DNA from: an uncultured Methanosarcinales archaeon
Lineage (GTDB): Archaea; Nanobdellota; Nanobdellia; Woesearchaeales; GW2011-AR9
Direction: 5' to 3'
Assembly: GCA_964344235.1 (NCBI GenBank)
Contig: CAYFMJ010000010.1
Coordinates: forward strand, 1-26,740
Length of the DNA stretch: 26,740 nt
In this document: positions 9,414 to 17,475 of the stretch, one piece after another
Layout of the letters: every line of letters starts with the position of its first letter
How positions within the stretch are numbered: position 1 is the stretch's first letter
Notes under the pieces: generated by a model
What the model was told of the DNA's origin: nothing
The model's database searches: none
Seen by the model: only the letters and a program-made list of their open reading frames with translations
Made by a program: the position numbers and the translations under genes

Positions 9414-10562
9414 CTAGACAAACAATAAGATTAATCCAATTACAACCATGACAGAACTGGCAGTGACACTGACTAATTTATGATAATGATCTTTCCACGT
9501 TTTGATTTTGTGTTCAATTTTATGTTCTTCGGCTTTTTCTTCCAATTCGTTTTTGGTAACGTAGAGAATGACGACTAATGCAATTTTAGGAAGTAAGATA
9601 ATGAAGCTGTAATACAAAATGTACGGGAAAACAACTGCTGTATATCCGCCTGCATGGAGGAGGTTTTGTAAGAGCACACTCATTTTTGTAGATGGTGTGA
9701 TTGTGAACAGAGAAGTTACAAAAGCAGTTGCAACGATACCCCATGGCGAGATAAACCACGCGACTGTTTTTCTTCCGTATTCTTTGATATTTTCAGGAAC
9801 TGTTTTAAGAAAGAGTTGCCAAGTTTTAAGGAAGCCACGGATTCTGATGATGCTTACTATAATGACAATAACGCCAACAATTTTGTAGAAGAAGAATGGC
9901 CCCTTGCCACCGAAGCCGGAGAAGAGTCCCAGTAAAGCGAGGAAGTGCATAATGAATACGATTCCAATGAATAACGCTCCTCGTTTAACGAGTGTTTCAT
10001 CGTCTTTAATTGCTAAGAGCAAGACGAGCATGATAAGTAAGATAGCGATCATCGCTGCTTGGAAACTGTTTTGTAAGGCAGACCCAGTAACGTTCCAGAA
10101 GTTTAATGTTTTGAGTGGGTTACTTGGAGCAGTTGGTTCGCCTGTTAATCCCACAAGAGCGGGGTTAGGAGTTGGGCATTCAACATTAGAGTTTTCTCCA
10201 ATTTGTCCGTCAAGAACGGTTTTAATTGGTTCTACACCAACAAGATAGGTTGATTGTGTGAAGACTGCAGGAATGTTTTGTTGTTCTTCCGGGATTTCTA
10301 ATGCTGCGTAGAAATCATCAAGTTTTTGTTTGTTTTCTGAATTATGATACACTTCTAATTGTTCAACTCTAAGATTAGGATATTTGATTGCTAACTGGTT
10401 AAAGTAACTGTCAGCTGGCTTACATTCTTCACAATCGGAACTTGTGAAATAATAGATGCAATCATGTTGTGTTGTGTCTAATGTGGGAGAAGTTTCTGCA
10501 ATCGCAGTGAGACTTAGAATGAATATGAGGAGTGTTACTATAACAAATTGTTTTTTCACCAT
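9414..10562 (-). CDS. Extracellular thioredoxin/glutaredoxin-like CxxC domain fused to a multi-pass (CcdA-like) membrane domain
   Basis: Signal peptide, YYFTSSDCEECK, IPAVF cis-Pro motif, then about six TM helices. Confidence 0.7.
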   Translation of the reverse strand: MVKKQFVIVTLLIFILSLTAIAETSPTLDTTQHDCIYYFTSSDCEECKPADSYFNQLAIKYPNLRVEQLEVYHNSENKQKLDDFYAALEIPEEQQNIPAVFTQSTYLVGVEPIKTVLDGQIGENSNVECPTPNPALVGLTGEPTAPSNPLKTLNFWNVTGSALQNSFQAAMIAILLIMLVLLLAIKDDETLVKRGALFIGIVFIMHFLALLGLFSGFGGKGPFFFYKIVGVIVIIVSIIRIRGFLKTWQLFLKTVPENIKEYGRKTVAWFISPWGIVATAFVTSLFTITPSTKMSVLLQNLLHAGGYTAVVFPYILYYSFIILLPKIALVVILYVTKNELEEKAEEHKIEHKIKTWKDHYHKLVSVTASSVMVVIGLILLFV

Positions 10563-10694
10563 CTTTTTGATGTTGTAGAATGCAAGAGAATTTTATAAAG
10601 GTAACGGTGTGATCAAAAGGTTATTTGGATATAGTAACATAAAACTGATAAAGGGGTTGTTGTTTGATACTACAAAAAGAACGAGGTATACAAA

Positions 10695-11012
10695 ATGGTA
10701 ACGACAGTAACAGCGGATTCATTTCAAGATTTTATTAACGGAGAGACACCAGCAATCGTAGACTTCTGGGCTTCTTGGTGTGGCCCATGTAAAATGCTTG
10801 CTCCAGTATTTGAGGAAGTGAGTAAAGAGTATGAAGGGAAATTACGATTTGGCAAGATTTCTACAGAGATATTTCCTCTTATAGCACAGCAAAATGCAGT
10901 ATCTGGGATTCCTTGTCTGGTTGTCTTTAAGAACGGTCAGGAGATCGGAAGGGTTGTTGGATTTAAGCCAAAACCTGCTCTCAAACAAGAAATAGATGCA
11001 ATATTAGGATAG
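10695..11012 (+). CDS. trxA: Thioredoxin
   Basis: [14 protein letters not shown] and GIPCL motifs; GAGGT SD at 10683-10687. Confidence 0.97.
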   Translation: MVTTVTADSFQDFINGETPAIVDFWASWCGPCKMLAPVFEEVSKEYEGKLRFGKISTEIFPLIAQQNAVSGIPCLVVFKNGQEIGRVVGFKPKPALKQEIDAILG

Positions 11013-11019
11013 AAATGTT

Positions 11020-11067
11020 CTGGATGGAGGAAAGGAAAAGAGGTGCTAAACCTTTCCCCTCATCCAG
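11020..11067 (+). other. Imperfect stem-loop just downstream of trxA
   Basis: CTGGATG/CATCCAG and GAAAGG/CCTTTC pair around a 15-nt loop, starting 7 nt after the stop codon. Confidence 0.6.
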
Positions 11068-11124
11068 ATATGCTCTGTTCAGAATTTTCCCAGTTAATAA
11101 AGTTTTTGTAGGAAAGTTCAACAA

Positions 11125-11274
11125 GTTGAAATTCTACCCTGCTTCGCTATTCAGCTCCGCCTGGCCATGACGGGCGAACGTGGTTCGCTGTCACCAGCAA
11201 GCTTTGCTTGCCTGGTGCCATGATTACCTGCGGTAACCAATGGCAATCATGGCACAGACGGTTAGAATTTCAAC
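11125..11274. repeat. 150-bp GC-rich branched palindromic element (REP/MITE-like or structured nucleic acid)
   Basis: A 12-bp closing inverted repeat (GTTGAAATTCTA / TAGAATTTCAAC) encloses GCGAAC/GTTCGC, CACCAG-CAAGC/GCTTG-CTGGTG and TGCCATGATT/AATCATGGCA stems. Confidence 0.75.
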
Positions 11275-11309
11275 AATAGCTTTTTATAGTATAATGGGGT
11301 TTTGATTCT

Positions 11310-11918
11310 ATGATCAAATTAGCACAGGGAGCGGAAGCAATTGTGTATAAGGATAATAACACAATTATCAAAGAGCGATTTAGTAAAGAGTATCGATTGA
11401 AGCATTTAGATGAGTCTCTGCGGAAATTCAGAACGCGAAGAGAAGCGAAAGTTCTCGGAAAATTAGATGATGTGGGATTTCCTGCTCCAAAAGTGCATGA
11501 GTTCTCTGATAAGAGAATGAGCATTGTGATGGATTTCGTTCCCGGTGAGACGTTGAAAGAAGTCTTACTTAGGGGAGATGAGTACCAACAATTTGCTGCA
11601 GAGATAGGTGAGAAAGTTGGCTTGTTACATGCGCAGAATATAGTGCATGGGGACTTAACTACGTCAAATATGATTGTGCATGAAACAACAAAGAAGTTAC
11701 ATTTTATTGATTTTGGTTTAGCATCATTTTCAGAGAAAGTTGAGGATAAAGCAGTTGATTTATTCTTATTAGAAAGAGGTTTGAAGAGTGCACATTATAA
11801 TTTAGATATATTTTCTAGAGTTCTGGCAGGGTATAAGAGAAGTAACCCTGAAGCTGCAGCTGTTTTAGCTAGACTAGAAGAAGTTCGGAAGAGAGGACGG
11901 AATAAGAATAGGGATTAA
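11310..11918 (+). CDS. bud32: KEOPS complex kinase Bud32 (Kae1-associated)
   Basis: AQGAEA, IIKERFSKEYR, RTRREAKVL, VHGDLTTSNMI, FIDFGLA, EDKAVDL. Confidence 0.95.
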   Translation: MIKLAQGAEAIVYKDNNTIIKERFSKEYRLKHLDESLRKFRTRREAKVLGKLDDVGFPAPKVHEFSDKRMSIVMDFVPGETLKEVLLRGDEYQQFAAEIGEKVGLLHAQNIVHGDLTTSNMIVHETTKKLHFIDFGLASFSEKVEDKAVDLFLLERGLKSAHYNLDIFSRVLAGYKRSNPEAAAVLARLEEVRKRGRNKNRD

Positions 11919-12568
11919 TCCCACTTTGTTGCGATAGTTCCAGGCCCACGTCTGCCGACAACTGGCCCTTCATCGTAGAATAATCCCGCAGCTTTCATAT
12001 TTTCTCGTGCCATTCTTGCACAGGAGTACGTTGCCATAATAGCAGAAGAGTTCATTACCCTATGAACTTCGGTGAATAATTCCTGTGTCCACATGTCGGG
12101 AGCTGTCTTTGGAGAGAAAGGGTCGAAGAATACTGCGTCAAAGTGTTCGTCTTTGAATTGTTTGATTGTTTCTCTTGCATCGCCGATGATTAATTTGATA
12201 GTGATGTTGTTATGTTGGATGATTTTGTTATTAGTTAATTGTTTGTAAATCTTGTATGAGTTGATTGGGGGATTCACTTCCTGAATTTTTTGGATAATGT
12301 TGGGATCATATTCTAGGCCAGTAATTTCAATTTCACAATTTGGATTTGCTTCCAATGCAACGTCAATGGCCATTGCTGAATTATAGCCTAAGCCAAAGAA
12401 CATGTCGAGGATTTTTATTGTACCAGCTTTCGCTTTCTCTGCTATCTTACAGGGGTTAGCGTACTTTTTGAGTGCCTCCTCTACCGCACCGGTTTGGGAG
12501 TGGTATGACTCCCCTACTTCAGTGTTGAGAAACGTTTCCGTGTTATCTGCAGTCATGATTTTGTGCAT
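11915..12568 (-). CDS. Stand-alone MnmC-type (MnmD/DUF752-like) SAM-dependent tRNA methyltransferase domain
   Basis: GESYHSQTGAVEEA, ILDMFFGLGYN, FDAVFFDPFSPKTAPDMWT and ATYS motifs typical of the MnmC methyltransferase domain. Confidence 0.85.
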   Translation of the reverse strand: MHKIMTADNTETFLNTEVGESYHSQTGAVEEALKKYANPCKIAEKAKAGTIKILDMFFGLGYNSAMAIDVALEANPNCEIEITGLEYDPNIIQKIQEVNPPINSYKIYKQLTNNKIIQHNNITIKLIIGDARETIKQFKDEHFDAVFFDPFSPKTAPDMWTQELFTEVHRVMNSSAIMATYSCARMARENMKAAGLFYDEGPVVGRRGPGTIATKWD

Positions 12569-12639
12569 TGGTTGCTTTTTTTCTTTGTATTTTAAAATGC
12601 ATCGGAAAAATATATAAAAATGGAAAATAGATTGAGTCT

Positions 12640-13278
12640 ATGGAAAAACCAATCATTGCAACGACCCTATCAGGACTGTTTGTGAAGACAGATCCATGGA
12701 AGAATGCCAGTAGTATGTGGTTTGAGAAAGCGGCATTACAATTACATGATAACTCTGTTTTGGAGTGGATTGGTAAAGAGAATTATTTTGATGGTGTCGA
12801 CGAAGTGATGCAACGCGTGTATCCAGGGTTAACAGAGGAAGAGAGGACTGTGAAAGCACGAGAATTATATTTTGAAGTAGTGTGTGAGTATATGGTTGAT
12901 CATGATGTTCGTAATGAGGAAGTGATTGGATACTTTGATGAATTAAAAGGGAAGTATAGGATTGCGTTATTAACAACAAACACACAGCAAGCGATTACAA
13001 CAATTCTTCCTTTAGTTGGTTTGCTTGATTTTTTTGATATTGTTGAGGTTTCTAAAGTAGAAGAGAAAGACGACAAACGAGTAGTGTTTGATAGATTTAT
13101 TGAGAGGTATGGGAAACCAATGTTGTATGTTGGTGGCGACAGAAAAGCGAGTTACGATTATTGTGCTGAGAAGAATATCCCTACAGTGTTTGTGAATTTA
13201 GAAAGTGATGAAGTTATTGAGAATGTTACAACCGTGAGTAGTGTTGATGAGTTGAAGAATGTTATTGAGAAACTCTAA
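12640..13278 (+). CDS. HAD-superfamily-like protein with degenerate motif I
   Basis: IALLTTN (motif II), KEDDKR (motif III) and YVGGDR (motif IV) are present. The N-terminal DxD is replaced by TLS. Confidence 0.65.
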   Translation: MEKPIIATTLSGLFVKTDPWKNASSMWFEKAALQLHDNSVLEWIGKENYFDGVDEVMQRVYPGLTEEERTVKARELYFEVVCEYMVDHDVRNEEVIGYFDELKGKYRIALLTTNTQQAITTILPLVGLLDFFDIVEVSKVEEKDDKRVVFDRFIERYGKPMLYVGGDRKASYDYCAEKNIPTVFVNLESDEVIENVTTVSSVDELKNVIEKL

Positions 13279-13949
13279 ATCTCTTCTGCTCTGCCTTTTC
13301 TGACAAGTAATTCTGCTACCTCCGGAAAGATATCTACCTCTTCTCCCTGGTCATAGGGGCCGTAGACTTTCATGTCTTTCCAGACGAAACTAGGCATGGG
13401 GTGGATGAAACGGATTTTTTTGAGGTCAACGTCTTCTGCTGGCTCTTCAGGGGTTGACTCTTCTTCTGCGGGGGTTTCAAATTGTGTGAAAGTGCTTGGT
13501 GGTTTTGGTGTAATTTGTGTCGCACCGGAAACTGTTGGCATATTGCCTAAGAATAACTGCGCGAGAATACCTCTTCTGTAGATATTGAGGGATTGCAACA
13601 CTTCTTCGTAAAATTGTTTTTCTTCTCGTAACATCGCTCCTGTGTCAATTAGATCGGATTTTGTACGGCTTCTGTTGAGAGCTATGTCAATAATTTTCTT
13701 TTCGCGTTTTTCATAAATTTCTTTGAGAATCCGTTTGATACTGCGTAATTCATACTCAACTTTCTCTTTTTCTCCTGCTGCGAAGATGTCATCGGAGGTT
13801 TGTGTGTTTTCTAGAAGAGCTTGTTTTTCTTTGAGGTAGGAGACTACGTCTATGAAGAATGTATCTTCTAGTTTTTGTAGGTCTTCCCGTTTTTTTTCAT
13901 TACGGAGAATGTCGTACAGTGTTTCTAGTGTAATTCGTATAGTGTCCAT
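13275..13949 (-). CDS. gins: Archaeal GINS subunit (Gins51/Gins15 type)
   Basis: ITLETLYDILRNEK..EDLQKLEDTFF A-domain, REKKIIDIAL, linker, and C-terminal B-domain VYGPYDQGEEVDIFPEVAELLVRKGRAEEI. SD GAGGTAG at 13951-13957. Confidence 0.88.
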   Translation of the reverse strand: MDTIRITLETLYDILRNEKKREDLQKLEDTFFIDVVSYLKEKQALLENTQTSDDIFAAGEKEKVEYELRSIKRILKEIYEKREKKIIDIALNRSRTKSDLIDTGAMLREEKQFYEEVLQSLNIYRRGILAQLFLGNMPTVSGATQITPKPPSTFTQFETPAEEESTPEEPAEDVDLKKIRFIHPMPSFVWKDMKVYGPYDQGEEVDIFPEVAELLVRKGRAEEI

Positions 13950-14086
13950 ACTACCTCTAATGCGTATTACGAACGTTCCTGTGAGTGGGGCACGGCACGA
14001 TTATGGCGTCTTTTTGAATTATTTTTTTATGGACGCCATGTGCCTCTATTGGCGCCACTCACCCACTTAACGTAATACGCACCCCC
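13950..14086 (-). promoter_or_regulatory. Predicted ~137-nt structured 5' leader (or co-transcribed ncRNA) of gins
   Basis: Nested stems at 13961-13971/14071-14081, 13981-13988/14055-14062, 13994-13998/14040-14044 and 14003-14010/14032-14039. TTTAAAAG at 14108-14115 (minus strand) predicts a start near 14086. Confidence 0.6.
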
Positions 14087-14167
14087 AGCATTTCAGAGAT
14101 GATCAAACTTTTAAAGTTTATTGTTGTTGGTTTGCTTGTTGTAGAAAATAATGGTTGGAAGATATAG

Positions 14168-15175
14168 TTATGGAAGAACGCGCATCTTTACGCCCGCTTC
14201 TTTGAGCAAGCGTGTGCCAACATCATCTGGATATTTTATTCTGGCGATAACTGCTGTAATTCCGGCGTTAATAATCATTTTACAGCAAGCAGTGCAGGGG
14301 GTAAACGTTGTATAAAGAACCGCCCCGCTTGTTGGTGCACCATTGAATGATGCTTGCACAATTGCATTTTCTTCAGAATGACAGCAGATGCAAGGTTCTG
14401 AGTATTCTCCTGACTTCATCTTTCCTAAGTGACGGGATGTGCAGCGTGGACAACCGCCAGCAGTACAGTGGCGAATCCCTTTTGGGCTGCCATTATAACC
14501 GGTTGAAAGAATTTTTTTGTCTTTCACAATGATGGCTCCTTTCTTTGCTGACATGCAGGTGGCACGCATCTTTACTTGTTCAGCGATGTTCATGAAATAT
14601 TCATCCCAGTTTGGACGTTTATCTTGCAGTTTGTATAATTTGTCCTGGACAAGTCGCTCAACTTTCCGTTGTAGTTGTTCAAACGTCCCATTGTTATTGA
14701 TGGTAACTTTGGCCATAGCAGTGACTTTCTGTAAGTTTTGTGCGTTTTTGTCTGTGCTACTTTCTAACGCTTCTTTTGCTCTTAGATCTTTCAATGTTTT
14801 TGGATCATTCTCACGATTTCGTTTGATAATTCGTTGCAGCCGTGTTTTTTCTGGCGCTACGACGTTTACGAGGATAAAATCACCTCGTTCCTGTAATGTT
14901 TTGACTTCCCCTGCGTTCCTAATAGAAGTGAAAACGTAGTTTTCGCCATCTTGCACTTTCTTTAGCGCAAGTTGTGATAGAACATCTGAACCATATGTAG
15001 AGCGAAGTTCGTTACCAACATTAATGAGGTTATCTCTGGTGATTTTTTTACGGCGTCTCTTTAATTCTTCCCGTAAACTGTCGGAGAAGGAAACGTGGTA
15101 GAAATTCATCTTTTGTAGAATCTCTGCAACTGCATCTTTGCCAGAAGCGTATAGGCCAGTAACTCCAATAATCAT
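14168..15175 (-). CDS. P-loop nucleotide kinase-like domain fused to dCMP deaminase
   Basis: N-terminal GVTGLYASGKD Walker A and FTSIRN; C-terminal RPNWDEYFM, STGYNG, CHSEENAI and TPCTACCKMI zinc-deaminase motifs. Confidence 0.9.
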   Translation of the reverse strand: MIIGVTGLYASGKDAVAEILQKMNFYHVSFSDSLREELKRRRKKITRDNLINVGNELRSTYGSDVLSQLALKKVQDGENYVFTSIRNAGEVKTLQERGDFILVNVVAPEKTRLQRIIKRNRENDPKTLKDLRAKEALESSTDKNAQNLQKVTAMAKVTINNNGTFEQLQRKVERLVQDKLYKLQDKRPNWDEYFMNIAEQVKMRATCMSAKKGAIIVKDKKILSTGYNGSPKGIRHCTAGGCPRCTSRHLGKMKSGEYSEPCICCHSEENAIVQASFNGAPTSGAVLYTTFTPCTACCKMIINAGITAVIARIKYPDDVGTRLLKEAGVKMRVLP

Positions 15176-15229
15176 GTGTACTTTGAGAGTAGTGTTGTTT
15201 AAATGGATTGTTGTGGTAGAAAGAAGAGT

Positions 15230-16468
15230 TTATTCACGATATAAAGCTTCAATGTGTGGTTTGATGTGTTCATCGAAAATAACTTGTGGAGGTAGAGTCC
15301 CATCAATTAACTTTACTCTTTCAGGGTGAGTTGCTGCTAGGTCTCTATACTCCGCAATGACTCTTTCAAAAAACTCTGGTCCTAAGCTCTCCATATAATC
15401 TAGTTTAGTTCCGGCAGCTCGCCCACGTTTTAGCATCTCTGCATGACTTATATCAAGAAGAAATGTTACATCGGGCCATTTACCACGTAAAGCAAAGTCA
15501 TTCATTCTGGTAATGGCGTTAATCTGACCTGGATCACTTCGGTAGTGCCCCCCGCCTTGGTACGCTCTCGTGCTGTCTGCTAACCTATCAGCTACAACAG
15601 TGATACCCTGCGCCAGGCGAGGTGCGACTTTTTTATCCATAAATTCTGCTCGTGCAGCGAGGAAGAGAAACGTTTCAGCTTCTGGCGTTAATAATGTTTC
15701 AAGTTGTTCCCCAAGGCCCCTATAAAACCCAACTTCCGACGCACGTAAATGACCTATCATTCGTGAATAATCTCTTGCTGATGTCTCAAACGAAAATCCG
15801 GTATTTTGGCCTAGGAGTAATGCAAAGCGTGCAGTATCAAGCGATCGTGATGTTAATGCGCTTCTTTCTCTTCCGCTCTCTGGTTTGAAGTGTTCAGTAT
15901 ATGCTGCTTTGAATAAAGGTAAGTTATTGTTAAAGACTCTTTGAGCTAACATCCCTAATGCTTGATACCGAACCTCTAAACTGACAAGTGCTTCTGCGGG
16001 AACTTCATCCCCTACGTAATGAGCAAGCGGGTGAAGAATAGCTCCTTTGAAACCGCTTTGGTATCTTGTTGATTTCTCTTGCCCGGAATTAATAATCCCC
16101 CAATTGAAAAGTGCTAACGGAACATGCATTGGCACGCTGTTAAAGTCAATTTTGAAACGAGCCATATCCCCTACAGACGCATGACCATAGCCGGTAAATG
16201 TTTGATCGAGTTTCTCATCTGGATCTACTCCTCGCTCCCCCATCTCATGCATAATATCTTCTGTATCGCCAGGAGCTCTTGAATGTCTCGCGCCGGCCCA
16301 CGCCATATGAGCGGCGGTTCTCTTTTCTGTGTTGGGGTGTACCGATGCTAACTTTACACCCGTCTCTGGATCAGTTAGGGTTACTAAATGCATGCCAGTT
16401 TGTTCTGGAGAAAACGCAGCCCATTGGTATCTCCCTTGGTTAAGAGTTACATCCGGAGTAAGAACCAT
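15230..16468 (-). CDS. Chimera of the N-terminal half of a two-domain ThyX (Thy1) and the C-terminal ~150 aa of thymidylate kinase; probably an in-frame deletion product
   Basis: ThyX-like ARHSR, YGHASVGD, QEKSTRY and LDTARFAL, then Tmk-like TPEAETFLFLAAR, VVADRLADSTRAYQGGG, PDVTFLLDI and LIDGT. No RHR motif and no GxxGxGK(S/T). Confidence 0.75.
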   Translation of the reverse strand: MVLTPDVTLNQGRYQWAAFSPEQTGMHLVTLTDPETGVKLASVHPNTEKRTAAHMAWAGARHSRAPGDTEDIMHEMGERGVDPDEKLDQTFTGYGHASVGDMARFKIDFNSVPMHVPLALFNWGIINSGQEKSTRYQSGFKGAILHPLAHYVGDEVPAEALVSLEVRYQALGMLAQRVFNNNLPLFKAAYTEHFKPESGRERSALTSRSLDTARFALLLGQNTGFSFETSARDYSRMIGHLRASEVGFYRGLGEQLETLLTPEAETFLFLAARAEFMDKKVAPRLAQGITVVADRLADSTRAYQGGGHYRSDPGQINAITRMNDFALRGKWPDVTFLLDISHAEMLKRGRAAGTKLDYMESLGPEFFERVIAEYRDLAATHPERVKLIDGTLPPQVIFDEHIKPHIEALYRE

Positions 16469-16576
16469 GCTCTCTTTGGAGAATTGACTCTAAAATAACC
16501 ACCGAAGAGAATTTACAAATAAATTAGAAGTAACTTCTTGGTATAGAAAAAATTTCTATATGTAAAGCAAAAAAAA

Positions 16577-17278
16577 TTAACAGAAAAATACTTCGCCAAA
16601 CTCAGTTAAACTCACTTCAACTTTTTTTCCTCTGTTACGGATTTCAACAAAACCAAGTTTCTGTAATTTTTTACATAAATAGTGGAACTCGCTCCGCTTT
16701 CTGTTCTCTTCGTTTCCTGTAGCACCATTGAGGAACCGCTGAACAGTTAATGTTTTACGTTTCTTTAGTGTGCTAATGAGTTTCTTTTCTTTTGTAGAAA
16801 ACTTTGGGGTGAACGGGATGGAAGGAACTTGCATGATGTGGTCAAAACCACGGTGGTAGTCTTCTCCACTTTTGATTAGTTCCATAATTTTTGGGTTATG
16901 ATTTTGTGCAATACTATAATCAATAGGAATATTATTCATTTGTGCTACTAACATTAATGTTGCAGCTAATAATTTAGAACCAGTTGAAATGTTAATTGTA
17001 AAGTCATGGTCTTTATTTTTTTTAATATATTTATTTACTTCAATGACAATGTCTTTTAGATCAATGTAGTTAACGCTTAGAGTTTCCACTTCAGTGAATT
17101 TTGCAAGTTCTGTGTGTAGGTAAGTATTCACTTTTTGAGTGATAATGTCAGAATTAGAATACGCATGCTTCTTCTTTTGTTGAGCCGAGATTAGGCATAC
17201 TTTGTCAGCATGACTTTTGAACACTGTTTTGAGAACTAGTTCTTTGTCCCAACCACACGGAATGATATAGATTTTCAT
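16577..17278 (-). CDS. DUF6293/HFX_2341-like transcriptional regulator (CARF-like Rossmann domain plus winged HTH)
   Basis: IYIIPCGWD...ADKVCLI and INISTGSKLLAATL in the N-terminal domain; C-terminal YLCKKLQKLGFVEIRNRGKKVEVSLTEFG wHTH. SD GGGGTGA upstream. Confidence 0.7.
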   Translation of the reverse strand: MKIYIIPCGWDKELVLKTVFKSHADKVCLISAQQKKKHAYSNSDIITQKVNTYLHTELAKFTEVETLSVNYIDLKDIVIEVNKYIKKNKDHDFTINISTGSKLLAATLMLVAQMNNIPIDYSIAQNHNPKIMELIKSGEDYHRGFDHIMQVPSIPFTPKFSTKEKKLISTLKKRKTLTVQRFLNGATGNEENRKRSEFHYLCKKLQKLGFVEIRNRGKKVEVSLTEFGEVFFC

Positions 17279-17340
17279 TGTTACGTTATATCACCCCTAT
17301 CCTCTAAAGAATTGTGGCTATTTAAAAAGATTTCTTAAAA

Positions 17341-17357
17341 ATAAAAAACAAAAAAAA
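17341..17357 (-). terminator. T-rich archaeal-type terminator after the small ORF
   Basis: The minus strand reads TTTTTTTTGTTTTTTAT immediately after the TAA at 17358-17360. Confidence 0.55.
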
Positions 17358-17441
17358 TTATTCCTCTTCTTCACGTTTTTCACTAAAAAAAGAATCTAGT
17401 TTTTGGCAACTCATCATTGCTCTATATGAAATTTTTGACAT
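17358..17441 (-). CDS. 27-aa small protein MSKISYRAMMSCQKLDSFFSEKREEEE (not in the ORF track)
   Basis: GAGGTGA SD at 17452-17458, upstream TTTATATA at 17554-17561, and a downstream T-tract. Confidence 0.5.
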   Translation of the reverse strand: MSKISYRAMMSCQKLDSFFSEKREEEE

Positions 17442-17475
17442 AGGACACCCATCACCTCTTTTTCCAAACATCCAA

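Noticed and set aside
11125-11274. Canonical integron attC site, SRP RNA or RNase P RNA
   Set aside because: GTTAGAA is present, but its partner reads TTCTACC rather than an AAC core, L-box spacing is not evident, and there is no integrase or cassette array. SRP helix 8 and RNase P conserved motifs were not found.
13961-14081. tRNA, 5S rRNA or bulge-helix-bulge intron
   Set aside because: No cloverleaf or T-loop and no 5S CCGAAC loop. The bulges are 4 nt and irregular around a 5-bp helix, not the 3-4-3 geometry.
14347-14939. Plus-strand ORFs opposite the kinase-deaminase gene, and similar short ORFs nested in or opposite long genes (e.g. 167-355, 7763-8140, 9904-10248, 11270-11524, 24983-25354)
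   Set aside because: They overlap confidently assigned genes and have no motifs or expression signals.
15600-15800. Intein or frameshift hiding the Tmk P-loop
   Set aside because: No intein N- or C-terminal motifs, and no space for missing sequence; the ORF is continuous.
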